Shown: in pieces, positions 26,151 to 39,058 of the stretch
Layout: every line of letters begins with the position of its first letter
Position numbering within the stretch: position 1 is the first letter of the stretch
Origin: Patellaria atrata CBS 101060
Taxonomy: Eukaryota
Assembly (NCBI GenBank): GCA_010093705.1
Contig: MU006091.1
Span: 62,001-126,000, forward strand
Direction of reading: 5' to 3'
Length of the DNA: 64,000 nt
Position numbers and translations under genes: made by a program
Notes under the pieces: model-generated
What the model was told of the DNA's origin: nothing
The model's database searches: none
What the model saw: the letters and a program-made list of their open reading frames with translations, nothing else

Positions 26151-28002
26151 ATGGCACACGCCTCTTCACTACCGCCCCTACCAATAGAAAAGTCGGACAT
26201 CAAGCAAATAGAGGTTACCGCCGAAGAAGATGTCGGCGTTGATAAGAGCGCGTATCGTGTAAGGGAGAGTGAAGTCTCCCCGGCGCAGAAGCGAATGGAG
26301 GCAAAGATCATGTGAGTAAGGAAGTTACTTCACTCAAGCTATCACTGGTTTCGTGGCATATAGCCATCTCTAAAGTGCAAATTCAACGTTTACTCTATTG
26401 GAATTCGTCCTTGATGTCATACAGCTGGCCCTCACTTCTCTCACGCGCGAGAGTTAGAAGGATGAATTCAATTATTATTCACTATTCCTAACAGGTCACT
26501 CTAAGCATCATCTGTGACTGATATCAATTCCTCTAGCCGGAAAGTAGACTGGAGATTAATCCCCATCCTCGGCGTGCTATACTCAATATCTGGTATTGAC
26601 CGGGTGAACCTCTCAAACGCTCGTGTTGCTGGGATGAACGAGGACCTTCATTTCAATATTGGCGATAGATACTCAATTGCTCTCTTGGTCTTCTTTGTTA
26701 CTTATTTTCTTTTTGAGCTCCCTACAACTCTAGTTTTGCGCCCCATTGGTCCGCGTCTCTTGCTTCCGTCCCTCGCCGTTTCATGGGGTCTAGTCATGTT
26801 AGGCATGGGTTTTGCGAAGGACTGGCGTGTCATCGTTGTCTGTCGAATGCTGATTGGTATATTTGAGGCTGGGTTCCTACCATGCTGCATGTATCTCCTA
26901 AGCTGCTGGTATCAACGCTATGAGGTGCAAACCCGGTAAATTCATTCCCCCTTATACCGATGTACTTTTGTAACTGAATTCTCACTATTTGAAAGCATGG
27001 CATACTGGTACCTCATCAACCTTTTCGTATCCGCCTTTGGAAATATCCTCGCATATGCCCTCATCAAACTTGACGGCACCTATGGTATTGAAGGCTGGCG
27101 CTGGATCTTCATCATCGAGGGGGCTTTCACAGTGGGCTTCGCACTCATCTCCTATCCAATGATTTTGGGCTTCCCCGACCAAGTCCTGGCTACAGGGAAG
27201 AGCAGCACCTTCACCCAGCAGGAGCTGGAAGTCGTACTCGACCGTGTAGAGCGAGATCGCGGAGACGCAAAACCAGACAAAGTAACACTGCCGAAGGTCT
27301 TACATCATATGCGAAACTGGCATCTCTGGGTCTACGGATTTATGTTTATGGGTTGCTCGGCACCAATATATGTGTTTGCATATTTCATCCAAACGATCAT
27401 AAAGACCATGTATACCGATACTGCGATTGTTTTCCTCCTGTGCGCTCCACCATACCTCTTCAGCATCATCTGGACTGTCGGCTGCGCTTGGCTAAGCGAC
27501 AAACATAAGATGCGAATGCCGTACATGGTTGCGAATGCCGGTCTCACTTTTACTGGGATCTTGATCACTGCATATTCCGCCGTACGTATTCCTTTCACGC
27601 TCTTTCAAGAGGAGTATCGATGTCGAATTACTGACGCTTCTTTTCCTTCAGAATACCGGTGCCCGCTACTTCGGGATTTTCTTGGGAGTCTCAGGCTGCA
27701 ACGCCAACCTCCCTTGCATCATCGCTTTCCAGTCCAACAATCTCAGGGGTAACTGTCGACGTAGTGTGGGGACGGGTATTCAGCTCCTATTCGCGTCAAT
27801 CGGGGGCATATATGCCAGTACAACCTTCATGCAACGGGAGGCCCCGGCTTACAGAAGCGGAGTGTGGGCGGCGTGTGGGACACAGTTTCTCCTTATCATT
27901 TTGATAATTGTGATGACCATGGACTTTAGACGAAAAAATAGGAGAGCCGATGAACAGGGAGTTATCATCCAGGAGGATAGGGTATTTAGGCATACTTTTT
28001 AA
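26151..28002 (+). CDS. MFS transporter, anion:cation symporter (allantoate/nicotinate permease, Dal5/Tna1-like) family, 4 exons
   Basis: Spliced ORFs give RKVDWRLIP...IDRVNLSNARVAG, GIFEAGFLP, WY.RYE...R, EGWRWIFIIEG and WLSDKHKMR, with multiple hydrophobic helices. Confidence 0.9.
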
Positions 28003-28543
28003 GCGGGAGTATGCTTGAACAAAGTCAAAAACTCCTTGAACTTGATTCACCTCCTTCATGCAGAGAAATGGCCATATGATCATGTTCCTTTTTGTTCTCC
28101 TTGTTCTTTACCATAACCAGGGCAAATCATTCGTTGGACATTTATTCTAGCATGTTATGAATCCCACATCTTATAACAGATCAATGCCTTGTTCTACCAG
28201 ACTTTTGTATGTATACACGATACCAGAAGTTCCGGAAGATTCGAAAAATGCAGTAGCATCGTCTCATAGGCGAGACTTTGGGAACCATGTGCTCGATTGG
28301 CACTTGCCAGAACAGGCAATATAAGCACATAATTTCGGAAAGCGGATACCTTGGATCCATCTATGCTCCTTCAGTCGGGCAAGTTGCTTTTATTATCTTT
28401 TGAATATCGAGTTCCCTAACTCTAATTATGCTTCAATATCAACATTCTGCATATTTCCGTCTCTTTTAGTCTCGGGATCCGGTGACTACTGTTTTCTACC
28501 ATCAGTTATTGCCCAACTCTACCTAAGCTCTCGTTTCTACATA

Positions 28544-30058
28544 ATGCTGCATCACTCGTCTGTCATGATTGGTACGCCGTCTGCAGACGAGAAGTTCCAA
28601 GAACTCTTTGCCCTCTACAAATGGGAAAAGTCAATCATACGAGCGTTTATCAAATTATTGGATGTGAATGAAAATGATTCCCGCGTTCGAGGTCCCGGAT
28701 CGGAAATTATTGGAGACGCGCACGCGTGGATCATCGACAGGAAGTGTCATGAAGAAGAAGATTATCTCTCGCACATGGAGGCGTGTCACCCAAGCCTCTC
28801 TCAACTGGCAGCAGTGATGTCACAAAGGTTTCGTATGATGTGAAGCCAACTTCTTATCTGATTAGTAGCTAATATTTCCAGCCCCGAGATAGGTCCAAAG
28901 GACGAGAACGAGCTACCTACGGACGATCCAGCCATTGATCAAACAAACTGGGAACAACTGTTAGGAGATGGTAACTTCATCGTCATAGATTCGATACTCG
29001 TCCGTAGTAAATATCGAGCGAAGAATCTGGACAAGTTAATTCTCCGTAGGCTCTGGGCAAACCTGCAGCAGCTAGAGGGTAAGGTCGGGAAAGTTACTGT
29101 TGGGTTTACTTTCTACCACTCCCAACCTTCAGAAGAAAAGCCAAACCCATACTCAGGGACGGGGGGATGTTTGATCCCTGAAGACCTCCTCTTGGCGGCG
29201 GGCTATCGTCAACTCTATCATACGGATTGGTGTTACTTTGTACCGACCGCTCTACAACCCAAGAGCTCTGAACCAGTCGTACCAGTCGCACCAGTCGTAC
29301 CACGAGAACCGCCACAGCCATCGGATCTTGAATCAGAGAAAGCTATTGTGAATACCCTGCTGGCCCGCTCAATAATGGCTCAAGTAGACAAAAGCTTTGC
29401 TCCCGCAGGGGATGCGGATATTGACTTAACAGCGTCATCATGGGCTGGCCGGAGAAACAAGGACTTACCGGAAGGAAATACTATAGTCCCGGTCCCTCTC
29501 GTCGAGAAAGAATGCACATGTCAACGCTGCATCGACGGTTACATAAGCCCGCGCATGCGAAAGGCACTCCTCAACGCAGCACTAGCCATAATAGAGTTTA
29601 TGGACAATCTCTTACTACACCCCGACAAGCGAGAACCCATCGATGAAGATATCTGGACCGTGATACCCCGCGGCATAAGATGCGAGATGATGACGTTCGA
29701 TCTGCATATATGGCTCCGTAGACTTGTGGAGTGTCTGTACAAGTGCTTATTGGAGAACTTAGTCCCCACCTATTCTAATATCCAGTTGATACTGGAACGT
29801 AAACAGAGACCCAGCGAGGTACTCAACGCGTTGGGACCGCTGGGATGCTTTTCACAAACATTGAGGATGTGGTTCGGTTTCGCGAAGTGGAAGGGCGGCG
29901 ATAACTGGGATGAGAAGTACAAAGACTGGCATCATGACTATTGGCTTGAGTTGCCGGAGTGTCGCAACGACAGGCGGTTCGACTTCGTGGAGGCTAAATT
30001 TACTGAGCGGCGCGTGATGGATTACCGGCAGGATGATCCCATTTTTTTCGTTTTGTAA
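28544..30058 (+). CDS. Uncharacterised fungal protein with a GNAT-like segment and CTCxxCIDGYISPRM / LPECRND motifs
   Basis: ORF 28544-28843, then an intron ending gctaatatttccag at 28881, then an open frame continuous into the 29171-30058 ORF. The splice donor position is uncertain. Confidence 0.65.
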
Positions 30059-31014
30059 GACTTTACATAGGTATGGGGCTGGTAATCTGAGGACACCGTA
30101 TTCCTAGTGAAACGTTACCGCGGTGAATCTTACGGAATTGTGTTTGCCCAACGAAGGAGGAACTTCTACCCAAGGAAATAGAATACATGCTGAGTTCAGA
30201 ACTAGCCTGGGACTTGCGTTGGAGTGCTCTTCCAAGTAGAAATCTTCATTTGGTGCAATTCCCAACGCGAAAAACTGGTGAGTAGCCGCATTTGGGTTTG
30301 TTGGGCCATCACAATACTCTTACCCATACGGTCGGCCGGCTCATGGTTATTATGGACACGAAGACAGCGAGATAAGCATCGAATCCAGGGTCAGGAGGTG
30401 GCGGATGAGTCAGAGAACACGCCGAGAAATGGGTTTGGGGGACCGAAGAACGCGGAAGGCGGTATAACTGGAATGTTAAGTCTTGCTCCTCGAGGTTCAA
30501 CAAATGCAGGTTCTGGGTGAAACAGACCTTAACTAGAATAAGACGTTGGTGTTGGTGAGGCTGAAAGTGAATCTACAGTTGCAAAGGGGTTGACAAGATG
30601 TGAAGAAAGAAGCCCCGAAGAATGGTCAGTGGAACTTCTGGAAAGCCATAGTTTTCTTGTTAAGGTAGTAGATGGTGTAGAACTAAGCATGACATCGAAA
30701 TCTTCCAACGAGAATATGATTGACATAGTTAATCCCATGGTGAATTTTCTTCATTGACAAAGTCAAAGATCGTCTAAGTGTGCGTCATTTTCATCACTGT
30801 GATCTTTATTTTCTTTCCCAGCGTTTGTATTGAATGAAATAAATGCGATATGAGCGAGAGAATGGTAATATTTACTGGGAAAATTATACTATAAGGGTAA
30901 TACCTAACAGGCTCAACCGATCACACGTCTTGGGTATATTGTAAACTGGGCAGCGCCTCAGCACCAAAGTGACCATGCAAAGCTAAGAAAGGGGCCTTAT
31001 GGTGGGCTGAGATT

Positions 31015-31974
31015 TTATTCGAAAAAGCCGCCATCGCTCTCATCTTCTTCTAACACGCCGTCATCTACTGATCTAACAGGTTGGCCACGGCCTTCTCTCC
31101 TCTTGGATGGTCCGAACTGCTTTTTCATGACGTGAACATCCAAGGTGGGATTCTGGTCAGACGCTTCGATCTCCAGATGAGCTGCATTTTCGTCCCGGTG
31201 GGGGGTAGGTCCGTTTAAACCCTTAGGCATTGACTCTCGAGACGCGTATTCCTCTACTGGTAGACTATTACGTAGTTTATTTAATGTGCCTTCTTTCATA
31301 GCTTGCTCAACGGCCTTCCACATCTCCCGGTTCCCATGCTTTTGTGTGTCTACATCCCGCTTGTCTCTATTGTCATCACTCCTATCTCGTCCACTAGATG
31401 GGTATAGAGCAGAGTAAGCTTGAGCTAAAGGATAATATTGAGTGTAATTTAGATCAACTTCGGCAATGTGAACGCACAGCCGCAAATTGTCGATATCGCT
31501 TGGGTCGGACGCCTCATCCAGTTGCTTCTTTACATGCCTAAGATGACGAGTAGCTTTCTTCCGATCTATACCAAAGCGCAGTTAGAGGATCTATTGGTCC
31601 AGCATTTGAAGTTTAGGATCTTTACCGAAGAATCTGACCATGTGGTACTTTCCAATCATTTCTTGCTTCTGAATCTCTGCTTTAGTAACCACTAAGTCAC
31701 GCTCACAAGCTACCAGTTCGCGCTCCCTCGCCACTCTTAGATCAGCAGGTAAATCATCCCGATTTTCCAGTTGGCGTCGCAGGTCACGTATACGTTTATT
31801 GATCGGGCCAATAGTGTGCTTCTTCGGCCGGGAAACACCTCCCTCGAACGGATTTGGTTTCCTCTTCTTCCTTTGTGGTGCTTCCGTGAAACCCTTGATC
31901 TGAGCTTTACGAGAAGGGTGGACAGAGGAATTAGGCCGTGTGGAGTGTCCTTCAATCTTCCTTTTAAGCGTCAT
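31015..31974 (-). CDS. EFG1: rRNA-processing protein Efg1, 2 exons
   Basis: KRIRDLRRQL...DLPADLRVAREREL, MIGKYHMVRFF|DRKKATR, HIAEVDLNYTQYYPL..AYSALYP, C-terminal ESDGGFFE. Confidence 0.92.
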
Positions 31975-32297
31975 GTGGGGGGGTTATGGTGGTTTGTATG
32001 TTATGTGTCTAATTCATAGACCGTGAGAAAAAGTCAGGAGGTTTAAAAGATTAGATTTGCCAAGAGATATGATAAGCTCCTTCCAAACTAATAATAAGCG
32101 GATGATGGGAGACTCAAATGACTTCAACTGTCAACTGATGCTAATACTCTCACCTACAGATAGTAACTAGTACTATCTATGACCATCTATCGCCATGCGC
32201 AAAGAGATCACTTTTGAGCGACTAGAGCTCCACTCCTCTACATCTCATCTATGACTCTTTCTCGCTCAACCAGTATATACTTCCCTTGAGTGTCGAC

Positions 32298-35214
32298 ATG
32301 GAAGCGGCCATACGATGGTCCCCTCATGCTACCCAGAATACTCCTAGATTCATCATTGTAGATGTCGCTGGGAATCGGCTACGTCTCTGTGAAATTGAGT
32401 CCTTTGAAGACTCCAAGGTCAGGTACAAACAAGTTGCTCTACGGGACAAATTACCGAATTTCACTGCTTTTGATTGGTCGAAAACACAAGAGTCAATTGT
32501 TGGCCTAGGTTCAGCTTCTGGGGAGGCCATTCTTGTTCAGATCGGTGCGCAGAAATCGACCTCGAGTTCTCAATCAGATTTGATCCATTCTTTCCCTCTC
32601 AAACATCAAAGGAAATGCAACTCGATAGCCTTCAGTACAAAGAATTATCTCGCCACAGGATTGGATAAGGTACGGAATGACTTTTGCATGAACGTCTATG
32701 ATCTCAATGAAGGATCTCTCTCCCCTAGTACAGAGCCATATAAAAAGCTTGCGAGCTCCGAGGCGATAACAAGTATCAAATTCTTTCCCAGTCAACCGGA
32801 TACTCTCATTGCTGGTGTGTCTCGTCAATGCGTTAGAATCTATGATCTACGAGGTAAATCTCTATTCTGGGAGCCTCCTTTTCGATGCTGACATAAACCG
32901 TGTAGACTCTGCAGGAATCGGTGCCGCTCAGTTTCCCACCAGACAGGTTCACAATGTAGCAATTGATCCCCTTGATGAGAACTACTTTGTGACTGCGGGA
33001 CCCTCAGGCGATCCAAATGTCTGTGTGTGGGACCGTAGATTCGCATCACGCGTATCTCCATTAACCCCTGGAGAGGGGGGTCCAGCAGGCTCCATTCTTG
33101 ATTTACGGCCTGCTATTGACAATAGGATGGGCTCAACTATCTGGACATTGCGGTTTAGCGGAACCAGGCGAGGATGCTTTGGCATTCTCTCTAACACAGG
33201 TGAAGTCAAAATTATTGAACTGGCGGAATATACGGCGAAACCCTCTCCTCAGACTGTTCCTTATAATAGCTTCGGCGGTAGCCCTTGGCTTTCCCAACAT
33301 TACACTAAACTCACGCACAGTCTAAGATATCCATATTATCATGAACACCAAGGTCAAGACCCAACTGCGAGAGTCATAGCTTATGATTTTATGGTTCCTA
33401 GTTACCCAACATATGGAGATTCTGTGCTTGCTTTACATCCTAGCCGAGAGATTGGGGTGCTCAAAATTCCGACCTCATCTCCGCAGTTAGACATTACTGC
33501 GATGGATGAATTGATTTCATGGAATCCTGGACTAAGTGTTGTGCGGGCGCTGAGTACGAATCTAAGTGTTGCAGAGGACCTCATAAAATTGAGACAAAAA
33601 GCTGCATCGTTGAAAGTACAAAATGGGAGTTCTAAGACGCAGACAAGCGCAAATGAGCATATAATGAACTTGAGTAGTTGTGAGAGACACGAGCTTTTGC
33701 TCGGTCTTGGTTCTTCCGAGACATCGGATTTTGGAGACTATCTCAAAACTCTCAGTACCCAACGTCGTCGATGTCGGGAAGGCTATTCTTTGAAATGTAG
33801 AAGAAACAAGATAATACTCCAAGACGACCCTTGGCTGGTAGAACTGTGGGATACCATCGGGCGCATGGAACATTTAGCGGAGGACGACGGTATGGTTGCT
33901 GACTGTCTTGATCTCAGCTATCTTGGTGTTACAGCGATAACTCTCGAAACATTCGAGCCGGAGTCTTCATTAAGTCGGCTTGTGGGCACGGATTCGTTCT
34001 CTCCTGCCAAATTCGAAGCTGCTGTTGGTAGTATTATAAAGCTGAAGGGATACCCAGACTTCTATGGTGCCTCTACAGAGAAACCGAAGCACCGACAACT
34101 CGGCCTTGCGTTATGTGGATGGACGTTCTCAGAGGAAATAGCCCGCGAACAGAGCATGGAACTCATTGATCGTGGTGAATACTACAAAGCAATAGTACTA
34201 GCTGTATTCAAAGGCTATAAGAGTGTGTCCCTCGATCTACTGAAATACTGCGTGCAACAGAGGCTGGTTGAGAACATTGGTCTGGGAGCTGTGATTGCAT
34301 GCGACTCAGTCAATGAGGAACAACGAGGCATGTGCGAATGGATGGCAGAAGAATCAGAAGACCCTTATCTCACCGCTCTTCTAGCCTACTTTGTGAGTGG
34401 CGATTGGAGTGTTATAGCAAAGATGACTCAATTGTCCCTAATCGACCGGGTTGGTATCGCTCTCAAATACCTCGAGGACAACCCCTTGAAAGAATTCTTG
34501 GAGCAAGAAACATCCCATGCTACCGCTTGTGGCGATATTGAAGGGATTATTCTCACGGGACTCGACGAAATAGCTATCACCCTTTTTGAAAACTATATCG
34601 CAAAGTTCGACGACCTTCAAACTGCTGTCCTCGCTTTATCTTTTACTAACCCACGATATTCACCCAAGGAAGAAGAACGCTTTGAACTTTGGAAAGAAAC
34701 CTATCTTATGCAAATGCAATCGTGGCGAACGTTTCTCGAGCGAACCCGCTTCACTGCTCAGCATAACGAAAAGTCGGTCGCTCGAGACGGTCGGATCTTA
34801 AATCCTTCATCAGGTCGGCAGCTCTCCATTCGTTGTAATAATTGCCAGCAAAGCCTTACGCTCAATGACGACCGTATTTATATTGAGGGTAGCGAACCAC
34901 CCACCACTAATACCGCCGGTCTTACTGAAAGCAAGTCTCGTCGCGGCCCGCTGGCTGCATCTGGACTTGTCTGCCCGAAATGCGGCGTTCACATGCCTAG
35001 GTGCGGTATCTGTATGATGTGGCTTGGCTCACCAGATCCTGCTAAACCAGGTGGTGCTGCAGCATTGGCTGAAGAAGACCCTATGGGCAAGTTCATGACC
35101 TTCTGTATGACCTGTACGCATGGGTTTCATGCAGGCCATGCTAGAGACTGGTTTGCAAAGCATGCAATGTGCCCCGTTCCAGATTGCCAGTGCATGTGTG
35201 GTTTACGGCATTGA
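32298..35214 (+). CDS. SEA4: SEACAT/GATOR2 subunit Sea4 (MIOS): WD40, alpha-solenoid and C-terminal RING, 2 exons
   Basis: MEAAIRWSP, RKCNSIAFS, LATGLDKVRND, DPYLTALL, DRVGIALKYL, GDIEGIILTG, FDDLQTA; C-terminal CPKCG..MPRCGIC...CMTCTHGFHAGHARDWF..H.MCPVPDCQC. Confidence 0.93.
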
Positions 35215-36056
35215 GGCATTCACGGAATGCTACTCCGGCTCCTAGAGAAGTATGGATTTGAACTGTTCGATAAACCTGAAATCGAGAGAACCCATAGTCC
35301 ATGGATGCAATGGCATATATGCTCATTCGGGTGGACAGCTTGACTCTGATATCGTTACCATCAGGAGGGTAAAAGACATCTTCTAGTAGACTCAAAGGTA
35401 ATGCTAAGTTTGCTCAATCAAGCAATGCTTTGATTCCGAAATCCTCTTGATAGTGGTTTTTTGGTCTTCAGAGGCAATGGCTTGGAGTTATTCAATGAAC
35501 AAGCCTCGGATTGGTGGGATGGTTCTTTATCTGCTATACTGAAAGACGCAGAGCTCTCCATGTTATTAGCTTATAATGGTACGATGGGTATCCTAGCTAG
35601 AATAATTCATTGAATTTGATATTTACGGTAGATGTGTACTGTTTCGAATCTTACCGTCGTGAGGACCTGGGGAAGCTTCTTGTGAAAGCAAAGCTTTCCA
35701 GATCTACTGTAGTTCTACAGACGTCCTGGGATTCGAGGATTAACCGAGTTTGCACTCTTGAAGTAGAACTACAATAAATCCGTACCTCGTAACCCGTACC
35801 ACTATTTACCTAACTTTCATTCTGTAACTTCCAACTGTCAGTAGACTTTGAGTGATACTTCCTTGGTTAGAACAGTTACTGCTTCTTCACATTACCTTAC
35901 CAGTCTTCCTGATCAACTAATACAATACTTTGCCCACCGAAGTCCTAGATAACTTCTACATTCCACATATCACATTAAACCTGAAGGCCCAAGATTTTCC
36001 AAATTACGCCAATTCGTCTTGTTGCTCGCATAGTTCGAGCATCACGTCCCATTGTC

Positions 36057-37274
36057 ATGGCCGACGAACCACCTCAGCCGCGGAGTGACCGTAAGGGCTC
36101 ATCTCGCTCTGGTAGGAGCCGTAACGGTCCCTTGCCTAGGGAAGTTATGGTCTCGAAGAAGTTGAGTTGGCTTTTGAGACATGGCGCCGAGAAAGAGGGA
36201 TTGAAATTGGGAGTAGGTGGCTATGTTAACTTAGCTGATGTGGTAGGTCTACCTTTTCTATGCTTTCATTCTCACTATTAGTTTCGGGCAGTTCTCTATC
36301 TTACTGGATAAAGAAAGGAAGCACTTCTTACTTAAGTCTTGAATGATGTAAGCACGGATAAGATATCACAGGGGCTATGGGACACTTTTTATCCAAAACA
36401 TTATTTCCTGAGCTTGCAAAACTAAGTTGACCCATCTGCTCAGCTTAACAACCAAAGCATCCGCTCTATGAAAGTAACATTTGCAGAAATCCGGGGTATC
36501 GTCAATACCAATGATAAGCAACGCTTTTCTCTTATTCCGGTCCCTGGTCCATCCAGTACTACTCAAGCACCCCCGACAGGAGCGTCTACCTCGGATCCGT
36601 CGTCATCGCAAGATGTCCAAAACACTATTGTGCCTCCAACAGATGATGCTGCAACTTCCGCCGCCACTTCATTGAGTCCTGAATCGGAGAATCCTTCTGA
36701 GTATCTCATCCGAGCAAATCAAGGCCACAGCATTGCTGTCGCTACTCAAGGACTCTTGGAACCGATCACGGAGGAAAATCTACCCGACATATGTGTGCAT
36801 GGCACAACATATTCTGCATGGCCCTTGATTGTTGAAAGTGGAGGGTTGAAACGAATGACTAGGAATCACGTTCATTTCGCAGCTGGATTGCCCAAAGGTA
36901 TCATTGTCACCGCTTCTGGTGGAAGTAAAAAGGAAAACCAGGTCGGAGAAGGAGAAGAAGATAAGGTTGAACCATCAAAAGATAATGCTCCAGCTGCTGT
37001 AATCTCTGGAATGCGGACTACATCCTCTATTCTCATATTTGTGGATATCCGAAAGGCGATGGAGTCGGGATTGAAGTTCTGGAAGAGTGAAAATAAGGTA
37101 ATCTTGTGCGAAGGTGATGACAACGGACTTATAAGGCTCGAATTTTTTGAGCGGGTAGTAGAGCGGGATGGGACAGAATTGGTCAAAGATGGCGTCGTTG
37201 TCGGTGAAATCAAGGTAAGGCAAGGTGGAGGTGGGAGAGGAGGCAGGGGTAGAGGAAGGGGAAGAGGCAGATAG
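36057..37274 (+). CDS. TPT1: tRNA 2'-phosphotransferase Tpt1/KptA, 2 exons
   Basis: VSKKLSWLLRHGA, intron ~36243-36443, NDKQRF, IRANQGHS, VHGT, LKRMTRNHVHFA, ISGMR, SENKVIL. Confidence 0.95.
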
Positions 37275-37733
37275 AGTTGGCTCAAAGGAAACTCTCTAAT
37301 GAGAAATGAGTATACAAGTACAGTCGAGACTAGAAAATGGATAAAGGAGGTATAAGCAATTGAGTTGACTACTCCTAGGGATGAACTATAGGCATCAGAT
37401 AGGTCCAAGCTAGCCTCTAAGCACAACCTTGCGAAGTATCGAAGTATCTACTATCCTCTCAGAAAGGAATCGATTCAAGTGGGTGATGTAACTTCAACCT
37501 AATCTATTAAGGGGAATAGATGAAGTGTTTTGCAAGAGAGTGCAGAAGAGAGAGAAACAAGCTCATGAGTGCCAAGATATTCTAAAGCTAGGTATTTCCA
37601 GCCTGGAACAACGTCATTCCTTGTCTATGGTCAATATTTGAAAACCTTCCCACGCGTCAACTGTTTTCAGTTACAAATCACCAGTTGCTAGTGCCTCCTC
37701 GTATCTCTTCCCTTTTTCTATAACTACAGGACC

Positions 37734-38759
37734 ATGTCTTCCCGTCGCAAACCTCCCCCAACCTCGTCTTCTGCCTCTAACGGAATACCGGTGACCATCA
37801 AGTCCACAACCACTACGTTTCCTATTCCACCCTCAAAACCACAGATGATGCCGACCATGTCGCCTTTAGTGCCCACGACTCTTGAGTCATTACTACTAGC
37901 CATTTATCCAACTACTCTAATGATAGGCTCTTTATTTTCGACTCTCTCTCCCCTTACTCGCTATGCGCCTTACAACCCAGTTACACAATCACACCCACCC
38001 GAGTTCGCGCCCAGCTACTTTGCGACCAAGAAAAATGTATTCAATATTTGGTTCGTAAAAAAAGGGTGGTTCTGGCTTACTGTCGCGTTTTGGGGTTTCG
38101 TATGGACGCATAGGAATTTCAAGAGAAAGCGTGGGGACGAGAGAGATGGTCCATTTACCCGGAAAAGAGTTCAAGCGACAGCAAGATACTTGGTTGGCAC
38201 AATATTTTGGCTCTTTGTCACACAATGGTTCTTCGGAGCCCCCATTATAGACCGCGGGTTCACATTTACTGGCGGTCAATGTGAGATTCTGGAAGATCCC
38301 GCTCAGAAGGCGCAAATATCCGAGCCGCGGAAGGTCGTGACAGCTGCGGCCTGCAAGCTTGCAGGTGGCCAGTGGAGAGGTGGACACGATATTTCCGGTC
38401 ATGTTTTTCTGCTCGTGCTAGCCTCCGCTATGCTATGGTTCGAGGTCTTGCCTGTTGTTTTACACGCTGCCGGACTTCGCGAGTCCCGTTCGATTGATAT
38501 TGGAGCTGGTATTATTAGGAACGCAGCTGCGGAGGCCGAAAGTGACGCAAATCAAGAGGAGACAGGATTTGGGACTAAGCTGGCGTTGGGTATTGCAGCG
38601 TTCATGTGGTGGATGCTACTGATGACAGCGGCCTTTTTCCACACGTGGTTTGAGAAGCTTACAGGCTTGGTTGTTGCATTCACAGCCATTTGGGTCATTT
38701 ACTTCTTACCACGAAAGTCTACAGGAGTTAGAAGTGTCCTTGGTATGCCTGGAGTATGA
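37734..38759 (+). CDS. SCS3: FIT-family ER protein Scs3 (acyl-CoA diphosphatase, lipid-droplet biogenesis)
   Basis: Single-exon 341-aa ORF with SYFA.KKNVFN.WFVK.GWFW, TQWFFG.PIIDR, GGHDISGHVFLL and TAAFFHTWFEK. Confidence 0.93.
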   Translation: MSSRRKPPPTSSSASNGIPVTIKSTTTTFPIPPSKPQMMPTMSPLVPTTLESLLLAIYPTTLMIGSLFSTLSPLTRYAPYNPVTQSHPPEFAPSYFATKKNVFNIWFVKKGWFWLTVAFWGFVWTHRNFKRKRGDERDGPFTRKRVQATARYLVGTIFWLFVTQWFFGAPIIDRGFTFTGGQCEILEDPAQKAQISEPRKVVTAAACKLAGGQWRGGHDISGHVFLLVLASAMLWFEVLPVVLHAAGLRESRSIDIGAGIIRNAAAEAESDANQEETGFGTKLALGIAAFMWWMLLMTAAFFHTWFEKLTGLVVAFTAIWVIYFLPRKSTGVRSVLGMPGV

Positions 38760-39058
38760 AGTCCGTTGCTCAGTATGGAACAGGAATAATGAGTTAATGT
38801 TGTGAACGTCTCTCGTGTTATAGACGACTCTTCAACGCTTGTACAAACTTAATACTCTTCAATTAACAAAATGAACTGAATCAATATCCCACGCTTGCAC
38901 ATCCTTATCCATTACCCCGTCACCATTGGATAAACGCCAGTCATCTACAGATTCAGCTCCCTTTCGGTTTACTTAGCGTTCTATTGTATCTCTCATGGGT
39001 ACCTTCGACCATCCTACTGTCGACCAATTAGGATACTATCCTCTCAGCTTCAAGATAA

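Noticed and set aside
26312..26537. TPP riboswitch in the long first intron of the MFS transporter
   Set aside because: The conserved TPP aptamer segments (CTGAGA and the GATxxxGxTAATxCxxGCG core) are not present.
10283..30058. FAS pair plus MFS transporter as a secondary-metabolite cluster (aflatoxin-type hexanoate synthase)
   Set aside because: No PKS, NRPS, P450 or cluster regulator nearby. The FAS sequences look like the conserved primary-metabolism enzymes and are flanked by housekeeping genes.
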